Virus record (IMG/VR): IMGVR_UViG_3300048833_000402
Span: 1-60,351 of that record
Origin: a virus
Taxonomy: Duplodnaviria > Caudoviricetes
Strand: one strand, 5' to 3'
DNA length: 60,351 bases
This document shows, in pieces, positions 46,395-56,447 of the stretch. Position numbers and translations under genes: made by a program. Every line of letters begins with the position of its first letter. The stretch's first letter is position 1. The notes beneath the pieces are model-generated. The model did not search any database, was not told where the DNA came from, and worked only from the letters and a program-made list of their open reading frames with translations.

Positions 46395-47333
46395 ATGGCA
46401 CGCGCACACGGCGCGCGGGCGCAGATGGCGCTTGCGTTCGAAACCGTCTACGGCACCCCGCCCGCCAGCGGCTATCGGCTGATGCCCTTCGCCCGGACCA
46501 CGCTTGGCGCGGAACAGCCCCTGCTGAATTCTGAACTGCTCGGCTACGGCCGCGATCCACTGGCCCCGATCAAGGACGCGGTCACCGCCGATGGCGAGGT
46601 GGTGGTGCCGATCGATGTGGAGGCCTTTGGTTTTTGGCTGAAGGCGGCCTTCGGCGCTCCGACCACGACGGGGACCACGCCCAAGACCCACACCTTTCAA
46701 TCGGGGAACTGGACCTTGCCAAGCATGGCCATCGAAGTGGCCATGCCCGAGGTGCCGCGCTTCGCGATGTATGCGGGCTGCGTGATGGACCAGCTGTCCT
46801 GGCAGATGAACCGGTCGGGCCTGCTGACAGCCACCGCCCGCCTGATCGCACAGGGCGAGGCGATTGCGGCCACCACCGCCGCGGGGACGCCCACCGCGCT
46901 GGGCCTGCAGCGCTTCGGCCATTTCAACGGGGTGGTGAAGCGCAACGGCACGGCCTTGGGCAATGTCGTCTCGGCCGAGATCACCTATGCCAACGGTCTC
47001 GACCGGATCGAGACCATCCGCAACGACGGCAAGATCGAGGGCGCCGATCCCGGCATGGCGGCGCTGACGGGGCGGATCGAGGTGAGGTTCGCGGACTCTG
47101 CGCTGGTAACGCAAGCCATCGATGGCACGCCCTGCGAGTTGGAATTTGCCTACAACCTCGGCGCGAACGCCAGCTTCACCTTCACCGCCCACGCCGTCTA
47201 CCTCCCCGTCCCGCGGATCGAGATTCCCGGGCCGCAGGGCATCCAGGCCAGCTTCGATTGGCAGGCGGCCAAGGCCACCAGCCCCGCCCGCATGTGCACC
47301 GCTGTCCTTGTCAACACCGTCACGGGATACTGA
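46395..47333 (+). CDS. Major tail tube protein
   Basis: AFETVYGTPP, LGAEQPLL.SELLG.GRDP, PRIEI.GPQGIQASFDWQAA. Confidence 0.85.
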   Translation: MARAHGARAQMALAFETVYGTPPASGYRLMPFARTTLGAEQPLLNSELLGYGRDPLAPIKDAVTADGEVVVPIDVEAFGFWLKAAFGAPTTTGTTPKTHTFQSGNWTLPSMAIEVAMPEVPRFAMYAGCVMDQLSWQMNRSGLLTATARLIAQGEAIAATTAAGTPTALGLQRFGHFNGVVKRNGTALGNVVSAEITYANGLDRIETIRNDGKIEGADPGMAALTGRIEVRFADSALVTQAIDGTPCELEFAYNLGANASFTFTAHAVYLPVPRIEIPGPQGIQASFDWQAAKATSPARMCTAVLVNTVTGY

Positions 47334-47335
47334 CC

Positions 47336-47773
47336 ATGATCCGCCTGAACCTCTCGAACCGGCCCGAATGGCTGGACCTGCTCCCCGGCCTTCGCGTGCT
47401 GGTGGCCCCTCTGACCACCGCGCTGATGGTCTCCGCCCGGGCCGATCCCATGATCGACGGCCTGACGGAAACCTCCAGCCAGGAGGACATGGCGCTGGCC
47501 ATGGCCAAGGCGGTCGCCCGCCGGGCGGTGCTGGAATGGGAAGGTGTCGGCGACGAGGCGGGCAACCTCGTCCCCGTCAGCCCGGCCGGGATCGACGCCC
47601 TCCTCGAAATCTGGCCGGTCTTCGAGGCCTTCCAGGCGCAGTACGTCGCCCGCGGCCTGATGCTGGATCAGGAAAAAAACGCCTCCGCGCCCTCGCCGAC
47701 TGGTCCTTCGGCGGGGGCGACGGCTATTGCGCGGCCTGCGCAGGGCCCTGCCCGGACTGCCCCGCAAGACTGA
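47336..47773 (+). CDS. Tail assembly chaperone (gpG-like)
   Basis: AVLEWEGVGD..G; contains a slippery site; lies between tube and tape measure genes. Confidence 0.8.
   Translation: MIRLNLSNRPEWLDLLPGLRVLVAPLTTALMVSARADPMIDGLTETSSQEDMALAMAKAVARRAVLEWEGVGDEAGNLVPVSPAGIDALLEIWPVFEAFQAQYVARGLMLDQEKNASAPSPTGPSAGATAIARPAQGPARTAPQD
47674..47680 (+). other. Programmed -1 ribosomal frameshift heptamer A-AAA-AAC (gpG/gpGT)
   Basis: CAG GAA AAA AAC in the gpG frame; the -1 frame is open to 48003 and has no obvious start of its own. Confidence 0.8.
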
Positions 47774-48003
47774 ACCGCCCGCAGACGGTCGAGGGCTGGC
47801 AGGTCTGGGACCTGACCCAGCGCCTCGGCGGCCAGCTGCGCATCGCGCCCGGCGCCGTCATCGGATGGGACATGGGCGCCGCCCTCGCGCTGGCGCAAGC
47901 GCTGGGCGTCAACGCCCTGATCGCCGCCGAACTGCTGCCCGAGATCGAGGCGGCGATGGTGCGCAAACTGAACGAGCAGATGGAAGGACGCCGGAATGGC
48001 TGA
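47680..48003 (+). CDS. gpT-like frameshift extension of the tail chaperone (Cys-rich)
   Basis: RLRALADWSFGGGDGYCAACAGPCPDCP...EGWQVWDL...GWDMGAALALA. Confidence 0.75.
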   Translation, partial: RLRALADWSFGGGDGYCAACAGPCPDCPARLNRPQTVEGWQVWDLTQRLGGQLRIAPGAVIGWDMGAALALAQALGVNALIAAELLPEIEAAMVRKLNEQMEGRRNG

Positions 48004-50458
48004 GAAGAAGGTCTCCGTCCGCCTCGTGGCGGAGGGCGGACGGCGCGTGCGCGCGGAGCTGGAGGGGATCGGAGATGCCGGGGCGAAGGGGTTCGGCCGT
48101 CTGTCGCGCGAGATGGAAATGGCCAACACCCGTCTTGCGACCTTCGCGCGCCGGGCCGGGCTTGCCCTTGGGACAGCGGCAGCAGCGGCGACGGCATCCC
48201 TCGGGCTGATCGTCCGTTCCACGGCCGAGAGTGCCGCCCAGATCCGGCAGTTCGCGCAGGTCGCCAACGCGACGCCGGAGGCGCTGCAGCGCTGGTCCGC
48301 CGGGGCGAGGACGGTCGGGATCGAGCAGGAGAAGCTCGCCGATATCCTGAAGGACGTGAACGACCGTGTCGGGGATTTCCTGCAGACCGGCGGCGGGCCG
48401 ATGGCGGATTTCTTCGAGAACGTCGCCCCGCGCGTGGGTGTCACGGCCGACCAGTTTGCGCGCCTTTCCGGCCCCGAGGCATTGCAGCTTTACGTCGACA
48501 CGCTGGAACGCGCCGGGCTCAGCCAGCAGGAGATGACCTTCTATCTCGAGGCCATGGCCTCGGATGCCACCCGCCTCCTGCCGCTTCTGAGGAACGGCGG
48601 GGCGGAGATGGCAAGGCTTGGCGACCAGGCTGCGGGACTTGGTGCGGTGCTGGACAGCGATGCCCTCGAAGCCCTGCGCCGCACGCAACTGGCGCTGGGC
48701 ACGGTCTCGCTGGTCTTCGACGGGTTGCGCAACCGGATCGCGGTCGCCGTGGCGCCGACCATCGAGGCGCTGGCCAATGCCTTCGTGGCCCTTGCGTCCG
48801 ATGGCGGGATCCTGCGCTCCGCTATCGACACGCTGATCGGCAACCTCGGGCGTCTGGCCTCCTATGCTGCGACCTTCGCGGCCGTCATGGCCGGGCGCTG
48901 GGTCGCGGGATTGGCGGCCGCAGCCTTGTCCGTGCGCGGGCTTGCCACCGCGCTGGTGTTGCTGCGCGGCGCCCTGATCCGCACCGGGATCGGCGCGCTG
49001 ATCGTCGGGGCGGGCGAGCTGGTCTATCAGTTCTCGCAGCTGGTGGCCCGGGTCGGCGGTGTGGGCCAGGCGTTTCGCCTCCTCGGCGATCTGGCCCGCG
49101 AAGTCTGGTCGCGCATCGGCATGTCGCTTGACGCGGCGCTTGCGCGGATGGCGGCCGGATGGGAGGGGCTGAAGGCGGCGGGACTATCGGCCCTTGAGGG
49201 CACCATCGCGGGCGTCGTCAGCTTCGGCGACCGGACGGCCGCGATCTTCCAGGGGGCCTACGACGCTGCAGTGGCGATCTGGGGCAGTCTGCCGGGGGCC
49301 ATCGGAGACTTCGCCTTCCAGGCGGCGAACGGGCTGATCTCCGGCGTGGAAGCAATGCTGAACGGCGTCGTCACCCGCATCAACAGCTTCATCGAGACGC
49401 TGAACGCAGCCCTCGCGCTGCTGCCGGAATGGGCCACGGGCGAGGGTGGCGTACGGATCGGGATTCTTAACCCCGTGGAACTGGGGCGCATCGGCAACCC
49501 TTTCGAGGGCGCCGCAACGGCCGCAGGGGCTGCGGCGGCGGATGCCTTCTCGGCCGCGCTGGCTCGCACCTACCTGGAACCGCCTGATCTTGGCCTCGGT
49601 GGCATGGCTAACGATGCTCGCGTCCGGGCCGACGGCTATCGCGAGGCGGCCGGGATGCTCGCCGATGCCGCGGGTCGGCCGCTGGCCAGCTGGCAGGCGC
49701 TGAAGGATGCGGTGACCGGCACGGGGACCGAGGCCGAAACCGCGCTGGCTGATGCGGTCGATTCGGCCGATGCCCTGACCACCGGGCTGAACGACACCGC
49801 CACCGCAGCAGAGGGTGCAGGCCGCGCAGCGCGCGACGCTGGGGCGGCAGCGGCCGAGGGCGCGGACACGGCCCTGACCGGCTGGCAGGCTGTCACCGCG
49901 GCCCTCGTCGACTATGCCGCCAAGGCGCGCGACATCGGTGGGGATATCGGCAGCGCGCTGGTGGGCGCGTTCCAGAGCGCCGAGAACGCAATCGGTGACT
50001 TCGTGAAGACCGGCAAGATCGACTTCCGCGACCTGGTCACCTCGATGATTGCCGATCTCGCAAAGCTGGCGGCGCGGCGCTTCATCTTTGGGCCGATAGC
50101 GAACGCTCTTTCCGGCGCGCTGGGCGGTGCGGGCGGGCTATTCGCGAACATCCTGCATACCGGCGGCGTGGTCGGCGCCCCTGGCCCTGGCCGGATGGTT
50201 CCCGCCTTGGCCTTCGCGGGTGCGCCGCGCATGCACAACGGCGGCTGGGCAGGGCTGCGCCCCGACGAGGTGCCCGCGATCCTGCAGCGGGGCGAGCGGG
50301 TCCTTTCCCGGCGCGAGGCGGCAGGGTTCGGCCAGTCGGGCGCGTCCACCGTCAATGTCACGATCAACGCCCGCGACGCCGAGAGTTTCCGCCAGTCGCG
50401 CACGCAGGTCGCCAGCGACATCGCCCGTGCCGTGTCGCTCGGGCGGCGGGGCATGTGA
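47996..50458 (+). CDS. Tail tape measure protein
   Basis: 820-aa Ala/Gly-rich helical protein; C-terminal FVKTGK.DFRDLV.SM..DL and DEVPAILQRGERVL. Confidence 0.9.
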   Translation: MAEKKVSVRLVAEGGRRVRAELEGIGDAGAKGFGRLSREMEMANTRLATFARRAGLALGTAAAAATASLGLIVRSTAESAAQIRQFAQVANATPEALQRWSAGARTVGIEQEKLADILKDVNDRVGDFLQTGGGPMADFFENVAPRVGVTADQFARLSGPEALQLYVDTLERAGLSQQEMTFYLEAMASDATRLLPLLRNGGAEMARLGDQAAGLGAVLDSDALEALRRTQLALGTVSLVFDGLRNRIAVAVAPTIEALANAFVALASDGGILRSAIDTLIGNLGRLASYAATFAAVMAGRWVAGLAAAALSVRGLATALVLLRGALIRTGIGALIVGAGELVYQFSQLVARVGGVGQAFRLLGDLAREVWSRIGMSLDAALARMAAGWEGLKAAGLSALEGTIAGVVSFGDRTAAIFQGAYDAAVAIWGSLPGAIGDFAFQAANGLISGVEAMLNGVVTRINSFIETLNAALALLPEWATGEGGVRIGILNPVELGRIGNPFEGAATAAGAAAADAFSAALARTYLEPPDLGLGGMANDARVRADGYREAAGMLADAAGRPLASWQALKDAVTGTGTEAETALADAVDSADALTTGLNDTATAAEGAGRAARDAGAAAAEGADTALTGWQAVTAALVDYAAKARDIGGDIGSALVGAFQSAENAIGDFVKTGKIDFRDLVTSMIADLAKLAARRFIFGPIANALSGALGGAGGLFANILHTGGVVGAPGPGRMVPALAFAGAPRMHNGGWAGLRPDEVPAILQRGERVLSRREAAGFGQSGASTVNVTINARDAESFRQSRTQVASDIARAVSLGRRGM

Positions 50459-50467
50459 GGATCAGCC

Positions 50468-51094
50468 ATGGCATTTCACGAGGTCCGCTTTCCGGACAAC
50501 ATAAGCCGCGGGGCACGCGGCGGCCCCGAACGCCGCACCCAGATCGTCGAACTGGCAAGCGGGGCGGAGGAGCGCAACGCCAGCTGGGCCAACAGCCGTC
50601 GCCGCTACGACGTCGCCTACGGCATCCGCCGCGCCGACGATCTGGCGGCGGTCGTCGCCTTCTTCGAGGCCCGTAATGGCCGACTGCATGGCTTCCGCTT
50701 CAAGGACTGGGCTGATTTCAAGTCTTGCCTGCCGTCGCAGACGCCCGCCGCGACCAACCAGTCGATCGGCACCGGGAATGGGGCGGCCACCCTGTTCCAG
50801 CTGACCAAACGCTACACCTCCGGCGCGCAGTCCTGGACTCGGACCATCACCAAGCCCGTCGCCGGAACCGTGACCATCGCCCTGAACGGGACGCCCCAAG
50901 CTTCCGGATGGTCGGTTTCCACGACCACCGGCTTCATCACCTTCACGACGGCCCCCGCCGCTGGCATCGCCATCACCGCAGGTTTCGAATTCGACGTTCC
51001 CGTCCGCTTCGACACCGATGCCCTCGACGTCACCCTCGATCTCGAACGCCTCGGGTCGATCACCTCGATCCCCCTCGTGGAAATCCGCACATGA
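50468..51094 (+). CDS. Distal tail protein, DUF2460 family
   Basis: MAFHEVRFP.NISRGARGGPERRT.IV.LASG.EERN. Confidence 0.92.
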   Translation: MAFHEVRFPDNISRGARGGPERRTQIVELASGAEERNASWANSRRRYDVAYGIRRADDLAAVVAFFEARNGRLHGFRFKDWADFKSCLPSQTPAATNQSIGTGNGAATLFQLTKRYTSGAQSWTRTITKPVAGTVTIALNGTPQASGWSVSTTTGFITFTTAPAAGIAITAGFEFDVPVRFDTDALDVTLDLERLGSITSIPLVEIRT

Positions 51095-51975
51095 AGTCCC
51101 TGAACCCCGCGCTGCAGGCCCATCTTGATGATGGCACCACCAACCTGTCCTGGTGCTGGCGCATCACCCGCGCCGATGGCGTCACCTTCGGTTTCACCGA
51201 CCATGACCGCACCCTTACCTTCGACGGGACCGAGTTCGAGCCGGAAAGCGGTCTGACGGCGTCCGAGGTGCGGTCGGGGTCGGACCTGTCGGTGGACGCG
51301 CAGGATGCCCAAGGGGTGCTATCGTCGGACAGGATCACCGAGACCGACATCCTCGATGGCCGATGGGACAATGCGGCAGTCGAGGTCTGGCGGGTGAACT
51401 GGTCGGCCCCGGCGCAGCGCGTTCTCCTTCGGCGCGGGGCCATCGGCCAGATCCGGCGCGGACGTCTGGCCTTCGTGGCGGAGGTTCGGAGCCTCGCCCA
51501 TGTCCTCGGCCAGACGGTCGGACGGACGTTTCAGGCCAGTTGCGATGCCGCGCCGGGCGATAAGCGCTGCGGCGTGAACCTGGAAGCGTCTGCCTTCAGG
51601 GGGCCCGGCGCGGTCATCGATGTGCTGCGCGACCGGGCCTTCACCGCCTCCGGCCTCGGCAGTTTCGCGGCGGGCTGGTTTGCCTTCGGGCTGGTCGAAT
51701 GGTCGACCGGCGCCAATGCCGGGCGGCTGGTCGAGGTGCTGTCGCATGACTTGTTCGACGGCGTGGCGATCCTGACGCTGCTGGAGGCGCCGGTGCGCCC
51801 GATCATGGCGACGGACGCCTTCATCATCCGAGCTGGCTGCGACAAGCGCCTCGCCACCTGCGGGACGAAGTTCGCCAATGTCGCGAACTTCCGAGGCTTT
51901 CCCCATATCCCCGGCCAGGATGCCGTTCTGCGCTACGCGACGAAGGACGGCGGCCACGAGGGGGCGGTGCTTTGA
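51091..51975 (+). CDS. Baseplate hub protein, DUF2163 family
   Basis: Close homologue of 444-1328. Confidence 0.9.
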   Translation: MKSLNPALQAHLDDGTTNLSWCWRITRADGVTFGFTDHDRTLTFDGTEFEPESGLTASEVRSGSDLSVDAQDAQGVLSSDRITETDILDGRWDNAAVEVWRVNWSAPAQRVLLRRGAIGQIRRGRLAFVAEVRSLAHVLGQTVGRTFQASCDAAPGDKRCGVNLEASAFRGPGAVIDVLRDRAFTASGLGSFAAGWFAFGLVEWSTGANAGRLVEVLSHDLFDGVAILTLLEAPVRPIMATDAFIIRAGCDKRLATCGTKFANVANFRGFPHIPGQDAVLRYATKDGGHEGAVL

Positions 51976-52406
51976 AGGCCGCCGATCCTGCCCGCGTCAT
52001 CGCCGTCGCGCGATCCTGGCTCGGCACGCCCTATCACGACCAGGCCAGTTTGCGCGGGGTCGGCTGCGACTGCCTCGGCCTTGCGCGCGGCGTCTGGCGC
52101 GCGGTTGTCGGGCCGGAACCGTTTCCGATCCCACCCTACAGCCGGGATTGGGGCGAGACCGGGCCGCGCGAGGCGCTGGCGGAGGGCTCACGCCGCATGA
52201 TGCCGGAGATCGTACCCGCCGATGCGCCACCCGGCGCGCTGATCCTGTTCCGGATGATGCCGCGCGCCATCGCCAAGCATGTCGGGATCCTCACCAGCCC
52301 CGACACCTTCCTCCACGCCTATGAACGTCTGGGCGTGATCGAGGAACCGCTGACGACGGCCTGGCGACGGCGCATCGCCTTCGCCTTCCTGTTCCCGGCA
52401 CGCTGA
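51972..52406 (+). CDS. NlpC/P60 phage cell-wall peptidase
   Basis: Close homologue of 1325-1759. Confidence 0.9.
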   Translation: MKAADPARVIAVARSWLGTPYHDQASLRGVGCDCLGLARGVWRAVVGPEPFPIPPYSRDWGETGPREALAEGSRRMMPEIVPADAPPGALILFRMMPRAIAKHVGILTSPDTFLHAYERLGVIEEPLTTAWRRRIAFAFLFPAR

Positions 52407-52437
52407 CTGACCAACCCTTCCAACCCTGAGTTTCCGC

Positions 52438-55400
52438 ATGGCCACGCTTGTCCTCGGCGCTGTCGGTTCCGCCATTGGCGGGGCTTTCGGCGGTGCGATC
52501 CTCGGCTTTTCCGGCGCTGCCATCGGCGGTTTCATCGGCTCCACCATTGGCTCGGTGGTCGACAGCTGGATCGTGTCGTCGCTGGCACCTGCGCAGAAGA
52601 TCGAGGGCCAGCGGCTGGATTCCCTGCGGATCACCTCCGCGACGGAAGGCGCGATCATCCCGCGCCTTTACGGGCGCATGCGCATCGGCGGCAACATCAT
52701 CTGGGCCACGGATTTTCGCGAGGAGACGAAGACCACCACTCAAGGCGGCGGCAAGGGCGGTGGCGGTGGCCGGGTCCAGACCACCGAGTATCTGTACTAC
52801 GCCAGCTTCGCGGTCGCCCTTTGCGAGGGCTCGATCACCGGCATCGGCCGCATCTGGGCCGACGGCAAACCGCTCGACATGACGGGGATCACCTGGCGCT
52901 GGTATCCGGGGAACGAGACCCAGACCGCCGACCCGTTCATCGCCGCCAAGATGGGCTCCGCCAATACGCCCGCCTATCGCGGCACCGCCTACGTCGTCTT
53001 CGAGGAACTGCCGCTTTCCACCTATGGCAACCGCCTGCCGCAGTTGTCGTTCGAAGTGTTCCGGCCGCTCGCAGACCCCGACACGGCCGAGGGGCTGGTG
53101 AAGGCGGTCACGATGATCCCGGCCTCGGGCGAGTTCACCTATGCCACCGAAGCCGTGCGCAAGACGGTCGGGGCGACGACGACGGTTTTCGGCCAGACGA
53201 CCGGCGGCACCACCTCGGCCGAAAACCTGAACGCTCTGCCGGATGAGGCCGACATCGTCGTGGCCCTCGACCGGATGCAGGCCATGGCCCCGGCCGTTGA
53301 GAGCGTCAGCCTTGTCGTCGCCTGGTTCGGCAATGACCTGCGGGCGGGCAACTGCACGATCAAGCCGGGTGTGGAGGTGGCGACGAAGGTCACCAGCCCG
53401 AAGGTCTGGTCCGTCAACGGGGTTTCGCGGGCGAACGCGCATCTTGTCAGCCGCGATGCCGAAGATCGCCCGGTCTATGGCGGCACACCTGCGGATTTCG
53501 CGGTGGTTCAGGCGATCCGCGAGATGAAGGCACGCGGGCTGCGGGTGACGTTCTATCCCTTCCTGCTGATGGATGTGCCGCCCGGCAACACCCTGCCGAA
53601 CCCTTACAGCGCGAATGCCGCCACGCCGGGTCAGCCCAGCTTCCCCTGGCGCGGGCGGATCACTTGCTCCCCGGCGGCAGGCTATACGGGGACGGCCGAC
53701 AAGACGGCTGCTGCAGCCACGCAGGTCTCGGCCTTCTTCGGCGCTGCTGCCCCGGCGCAGTTCTCGGTGTCGGGCGACAATGTCAGCTGGACCGGTCCCT
53801 CGGGCGATTGGGGCCTGCGCCGCATGATCCTGCACTATGCCCATCTCTGCGCGGTGGCGGGCGGGGTCGATGCCTTCCTGATCGGGACCGAGATGCGCGG
53901 CCTGACCACCATTCGGTCCAGCGCCAGTGTCTATCCGGCTGTGACGGCCTTCAAGGCGCTGGCCGCCGACGTGAAGGCAATCCTCGGGCCGGGCACCAAG
54001 GTCGGCTACGCCTCGGACTGGTCAGAGTATTTCGGCCACCAGCCGGGAGACGGCAGCGGCGATGTGTTCTTCCATCTCGATCCTCTCTGGTCGGATGCCA
54101 ACATCGACTTCATCGGCATCGACAACTACATGCCGCTCTCGGACTGGCGCGACGGGTTCGACCATGCCGATGCTCAGGAAGGATGGCCCGCAATCCATGA
54201 CCGGGGCTATCTGCAAGCCAACATCGCAGGCGGCGAAGGCTTCGGCTGGTTCTATGCCAGCGCCGCCGATCGCTCGGCGCAGATCCGCACGCCCATCACC
54301 GATGGCAGCGCGGGCAAGCCCTGGGTCTTCCGCTACAAGGATCTGCGGGCCTGGTGGTCGAACCCGCATTTCAACCGGCCGGGCGGGATCGAAAGCGGCA
54401 CGCCCACCGCATGGGTGCCGCAGTCCAAGCCTGTCTGGTTCACCGAACTGGGTTGCCCCGCCATAGATCGGGGCACGAACCAGCCAAACGTGTTCTTCGA
54501 TCCGAAGTCGTCGGAGAGCTTCACCCCGTATTTCTCGCGCGGCTGGCGCGACGACGCGATCCAGCGCGCCTATCTTGAAGCCAGCTATCTCTGGTGGGGT
54601 CATGCCGCAAACAACCCGACCTCGGCGATCTACGGCGGCCGGATGGTCCACGTCCCCGAATGCGCAGCCTGGACCTGGGACGCGCGGCCTTATCCGTTCT
54701 TCCCCGAACTGACCGGCGTCTGGACGGACGGCCCGAACTGGCGGCTCGGCCACTGGCTCACCGGACGGCTGGGTGCGGTATCGCTCGCCGCGCTGGTGCG
54801 GCACCTCTGCCTGCGCGCTGGGCTTGCGGAAAGCCTGATCGACGTCTCCGGTCTCTGGGGCGCCGTCGAGGGCTATGTGATCGGCGCGCTGGAAAGCCCC
54901 CGCGCGTCGATTTCCACTCTGGCGCGGCATTTCGGCTTCGACGCCATCGAGACCGAAGGCCTGATCCGCTTCGTGATGCGCGGTCGCGCCTCGGTCGCCA
55001 CGCTGGCCATCGACGATCTGGTCGCCGCCCGCGAGGGCGAGGCTTTTGAGCTGACGCGCGGCCAGGAGACGGAACTGCCCCAGGCCCTGAAGTGGCAGGT
55101 CGCCCGCGCGGACGAGGATTACGATGCTACCCTCGTGGAAGCGCGGCGCATCACCGTCGACACGACGCGCATCGCCTCCGAGTCCTTCCCCATGGCGATC
55201 CCGCCAGAGGAGGCCGAACGCCGCTGCCGCCGCTCGCTGATGGAAGCCTGGATCGGCCGGGAAAGTGCGACCTTCCGTCTGCCGCCCTCGCGCCTCGCCC
55301 TCGATCCGGCCGACGTGATCCGGCTCGCCCATGATGGCCGCGAGGTCGAGTTCCGCCTCGTCTCTGTCGCCGATGCCGAGGCACGGGGCATCGAGGCGGT

Positions 55401-56436
55401 GCGTCAGGACCGCGCCGCCTATGACCTGCCGCCCGGCGATCCGCGCCCGGCCTCGCTGGCCAGCCCCGTCGTCTTCGGCACGCCCGAGGTGGTGATGCTG
55501 GACCTCCCGCAAATCAGCGAGGACCAGCCCGCCCATCGCCCCTTGATCGCCGCCCACGCCAGCCCCTGGCCCGGCGAGATCGCGGTCTTTCGCAGCGCGT
55601 CCACCGACGGGTTCAATCTGCTGACCACGTTCGGCAGTCGGGCTCGGATCGGGACCCTGGCCTTCGACTTCTTTCCAGGGCCGACCTCGCGCTTCGATCT
55701 GGGCAACCAGCTGGTCGTCGATCTCCTGTCGGGGACGCTGGAGAGCGTCACGGACGTTACACTCTTCGGCGGGGCGAATGCACTGGCCGTGGAGACAGCC
55801 GCCGGGGTCTGGGAGAACGTCCAAGCTGGCCAAGCTGAACTGATCGCCGCTGGCCGCTACCGACTGACCCGCCTCCTGCGCGGCCAGCGCGGAACGGAAC
55901 ATGCCGTGGGCAACCCGGCCCCTGCTGGCGCGCGGGTGGCTGTGCTGGATGCAACGCTGGCGTCGCTGCCCATCGCCGAGGCCGATCTCGGCCTGCCATG
56001 GAACTGGCGGGTCGGCCCGGCCGCGCGTTCTGTCAGCGACGCAAGCTATGCCGCGCTGGGCTTCAACCCAACCGGGCGGGGCCTTGTCCCCTTCGCGCCG
56101 GTCCACGTCGAACAGCCGTGGCGAACTGCGCGCAGCCCGGGCGATCTCACCATTCGCTGGACGCGCCGGTCTCGCGCGCTGGTCGCCGATGCATGGGAAC
56201 AGGTCGAGGTGCCCTTGGCAGAGGACGTCGAAGGCTACGATGTCCAGATCCTCGACGGCGCGGCCGTCAAGCGCACGCTGGCGAGCACCACGTCCTCCGT
56301 CCTCTACCCCGCGGCGCAGCAGACCGCCGATTGGGGCGCGCCGCTCGGCCCCGGCCAGACGCTGGCGCTCCGCATCTATCAGCTTTCGAACCGCCTCGGC
56401 CGCGGCACGCCCGCGTCCGTGACCCTCCAGTTCTGA
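52438..56436 (+). CDS. Baseplate multidomain 'megatron' protein (RcGTA g15-like)
   Basis: Close homologue of 1768-5766, same length. Confidence 0.92.
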   Translation: MATLVLGAVGSAIGGAFGGAILGFSGAAIGGFIGSTIGSVVDSWIVSSLAPAQKIEGQRLDSLRITSATEGAIIPRLYGRMRIGGNIIWATDFREETKTTTQGGGKGGGGGRVQTTEYLYYASFAVALCEGSITGIGRIWADGKPLDMTGITWRWYPGNETQTADPFIAAKMGSANTPAYRGTAYVVFEELPLSTYGNRLPQLSFEVFRPLADPDTAEGLVKAVTMIPASGEFTYATEAVRKTVGATTTVFGQTTGGTTSAENLNALPDEADIVVALDRMQAMAPAVESVSLVVAWFGNDLRAGNCTIKPGVEVATKVTSPKVWSVNGVSRANAHLVSRDAEDRPVYGGTPADFAVVQAIREMKARGLRVTFYPFLLMDVPPGNTLPNPYSANAATPGQPSFPWRGRITCSPAAGYTGTADKTAAAATQVSAFFGAAAPAQFSVSGDNVSWTGPSGDWGLRRMILHYAHLCAVAGGVDAFLIGTEMRGLTTIRSSASVYPAVTAFKALAADVKAILGPGTKVGYASDWSEYFGHQPGDGSGDVFFHLDPLWSDANIDFIGIDNYMPLSDWRDGFDHADAQEGWPAIHDRGYLQANIAGGEGFGWFYASAADRSAQIRTPITDGSAGKPWVFRYKDLRAWWSNPHFNRPGGIESGTPTAWVPQSKPVWFTELGCPAIDRGTNQPNVFFDPKSSESFTPYFSRGWRDDAIQRAYLEASYLWWGHAANNPTSAIYGGRMVHVPECAAWTWDARPYPFFPELTGVWTDGPNWRLGHWLTGRLGAVSLAALVRHLCLRAGLAESLIDVSGLWGAVEGYVIGALESPRASISTLARHFGFDAIETEGLIRFVMRGRASVATLAIDDLVAAREGEAFELTRGQETELPQALKWQVARADEDYDATLVEARRITVDTTRIASESFPMAIPPEEAERRCRRSLMEAWIGRESATFRLPPSRLALDPADVIRLAHDGREVEFRLVSVADAEARGIEAVRQDRAAYDLPPGDPRPASLASPVVFGTPEVVMLDLPQISEDQPAHRPLIAAHASPWPGEIAVFRSASTDGFNLLTTFGSRARIGTLAFDFFPGPTSRFDLGNQLVVDLLSGTLESVTDVTLFGGANALAVETAAGVWENVQAGQAELIAAGRYRLTRLLRGQRGTEHAVGNPAPAGARVAVLDATLASLPIAEADLGLPWNWRVGPAARSVSDASYAALGFNPTGRGLVPFAPVHVEQPWRTARSPGDLTIRWTRRSRALVADAWEQVEVPLAEDVEGYDVQILDGAAVKRTLASTTSSVLYPAAQQTADWGAPLGPGQTLALRIYQLSNRLGRGTPASVTLQF

Positions 56437-56447
56437 CAGGATTTCCC

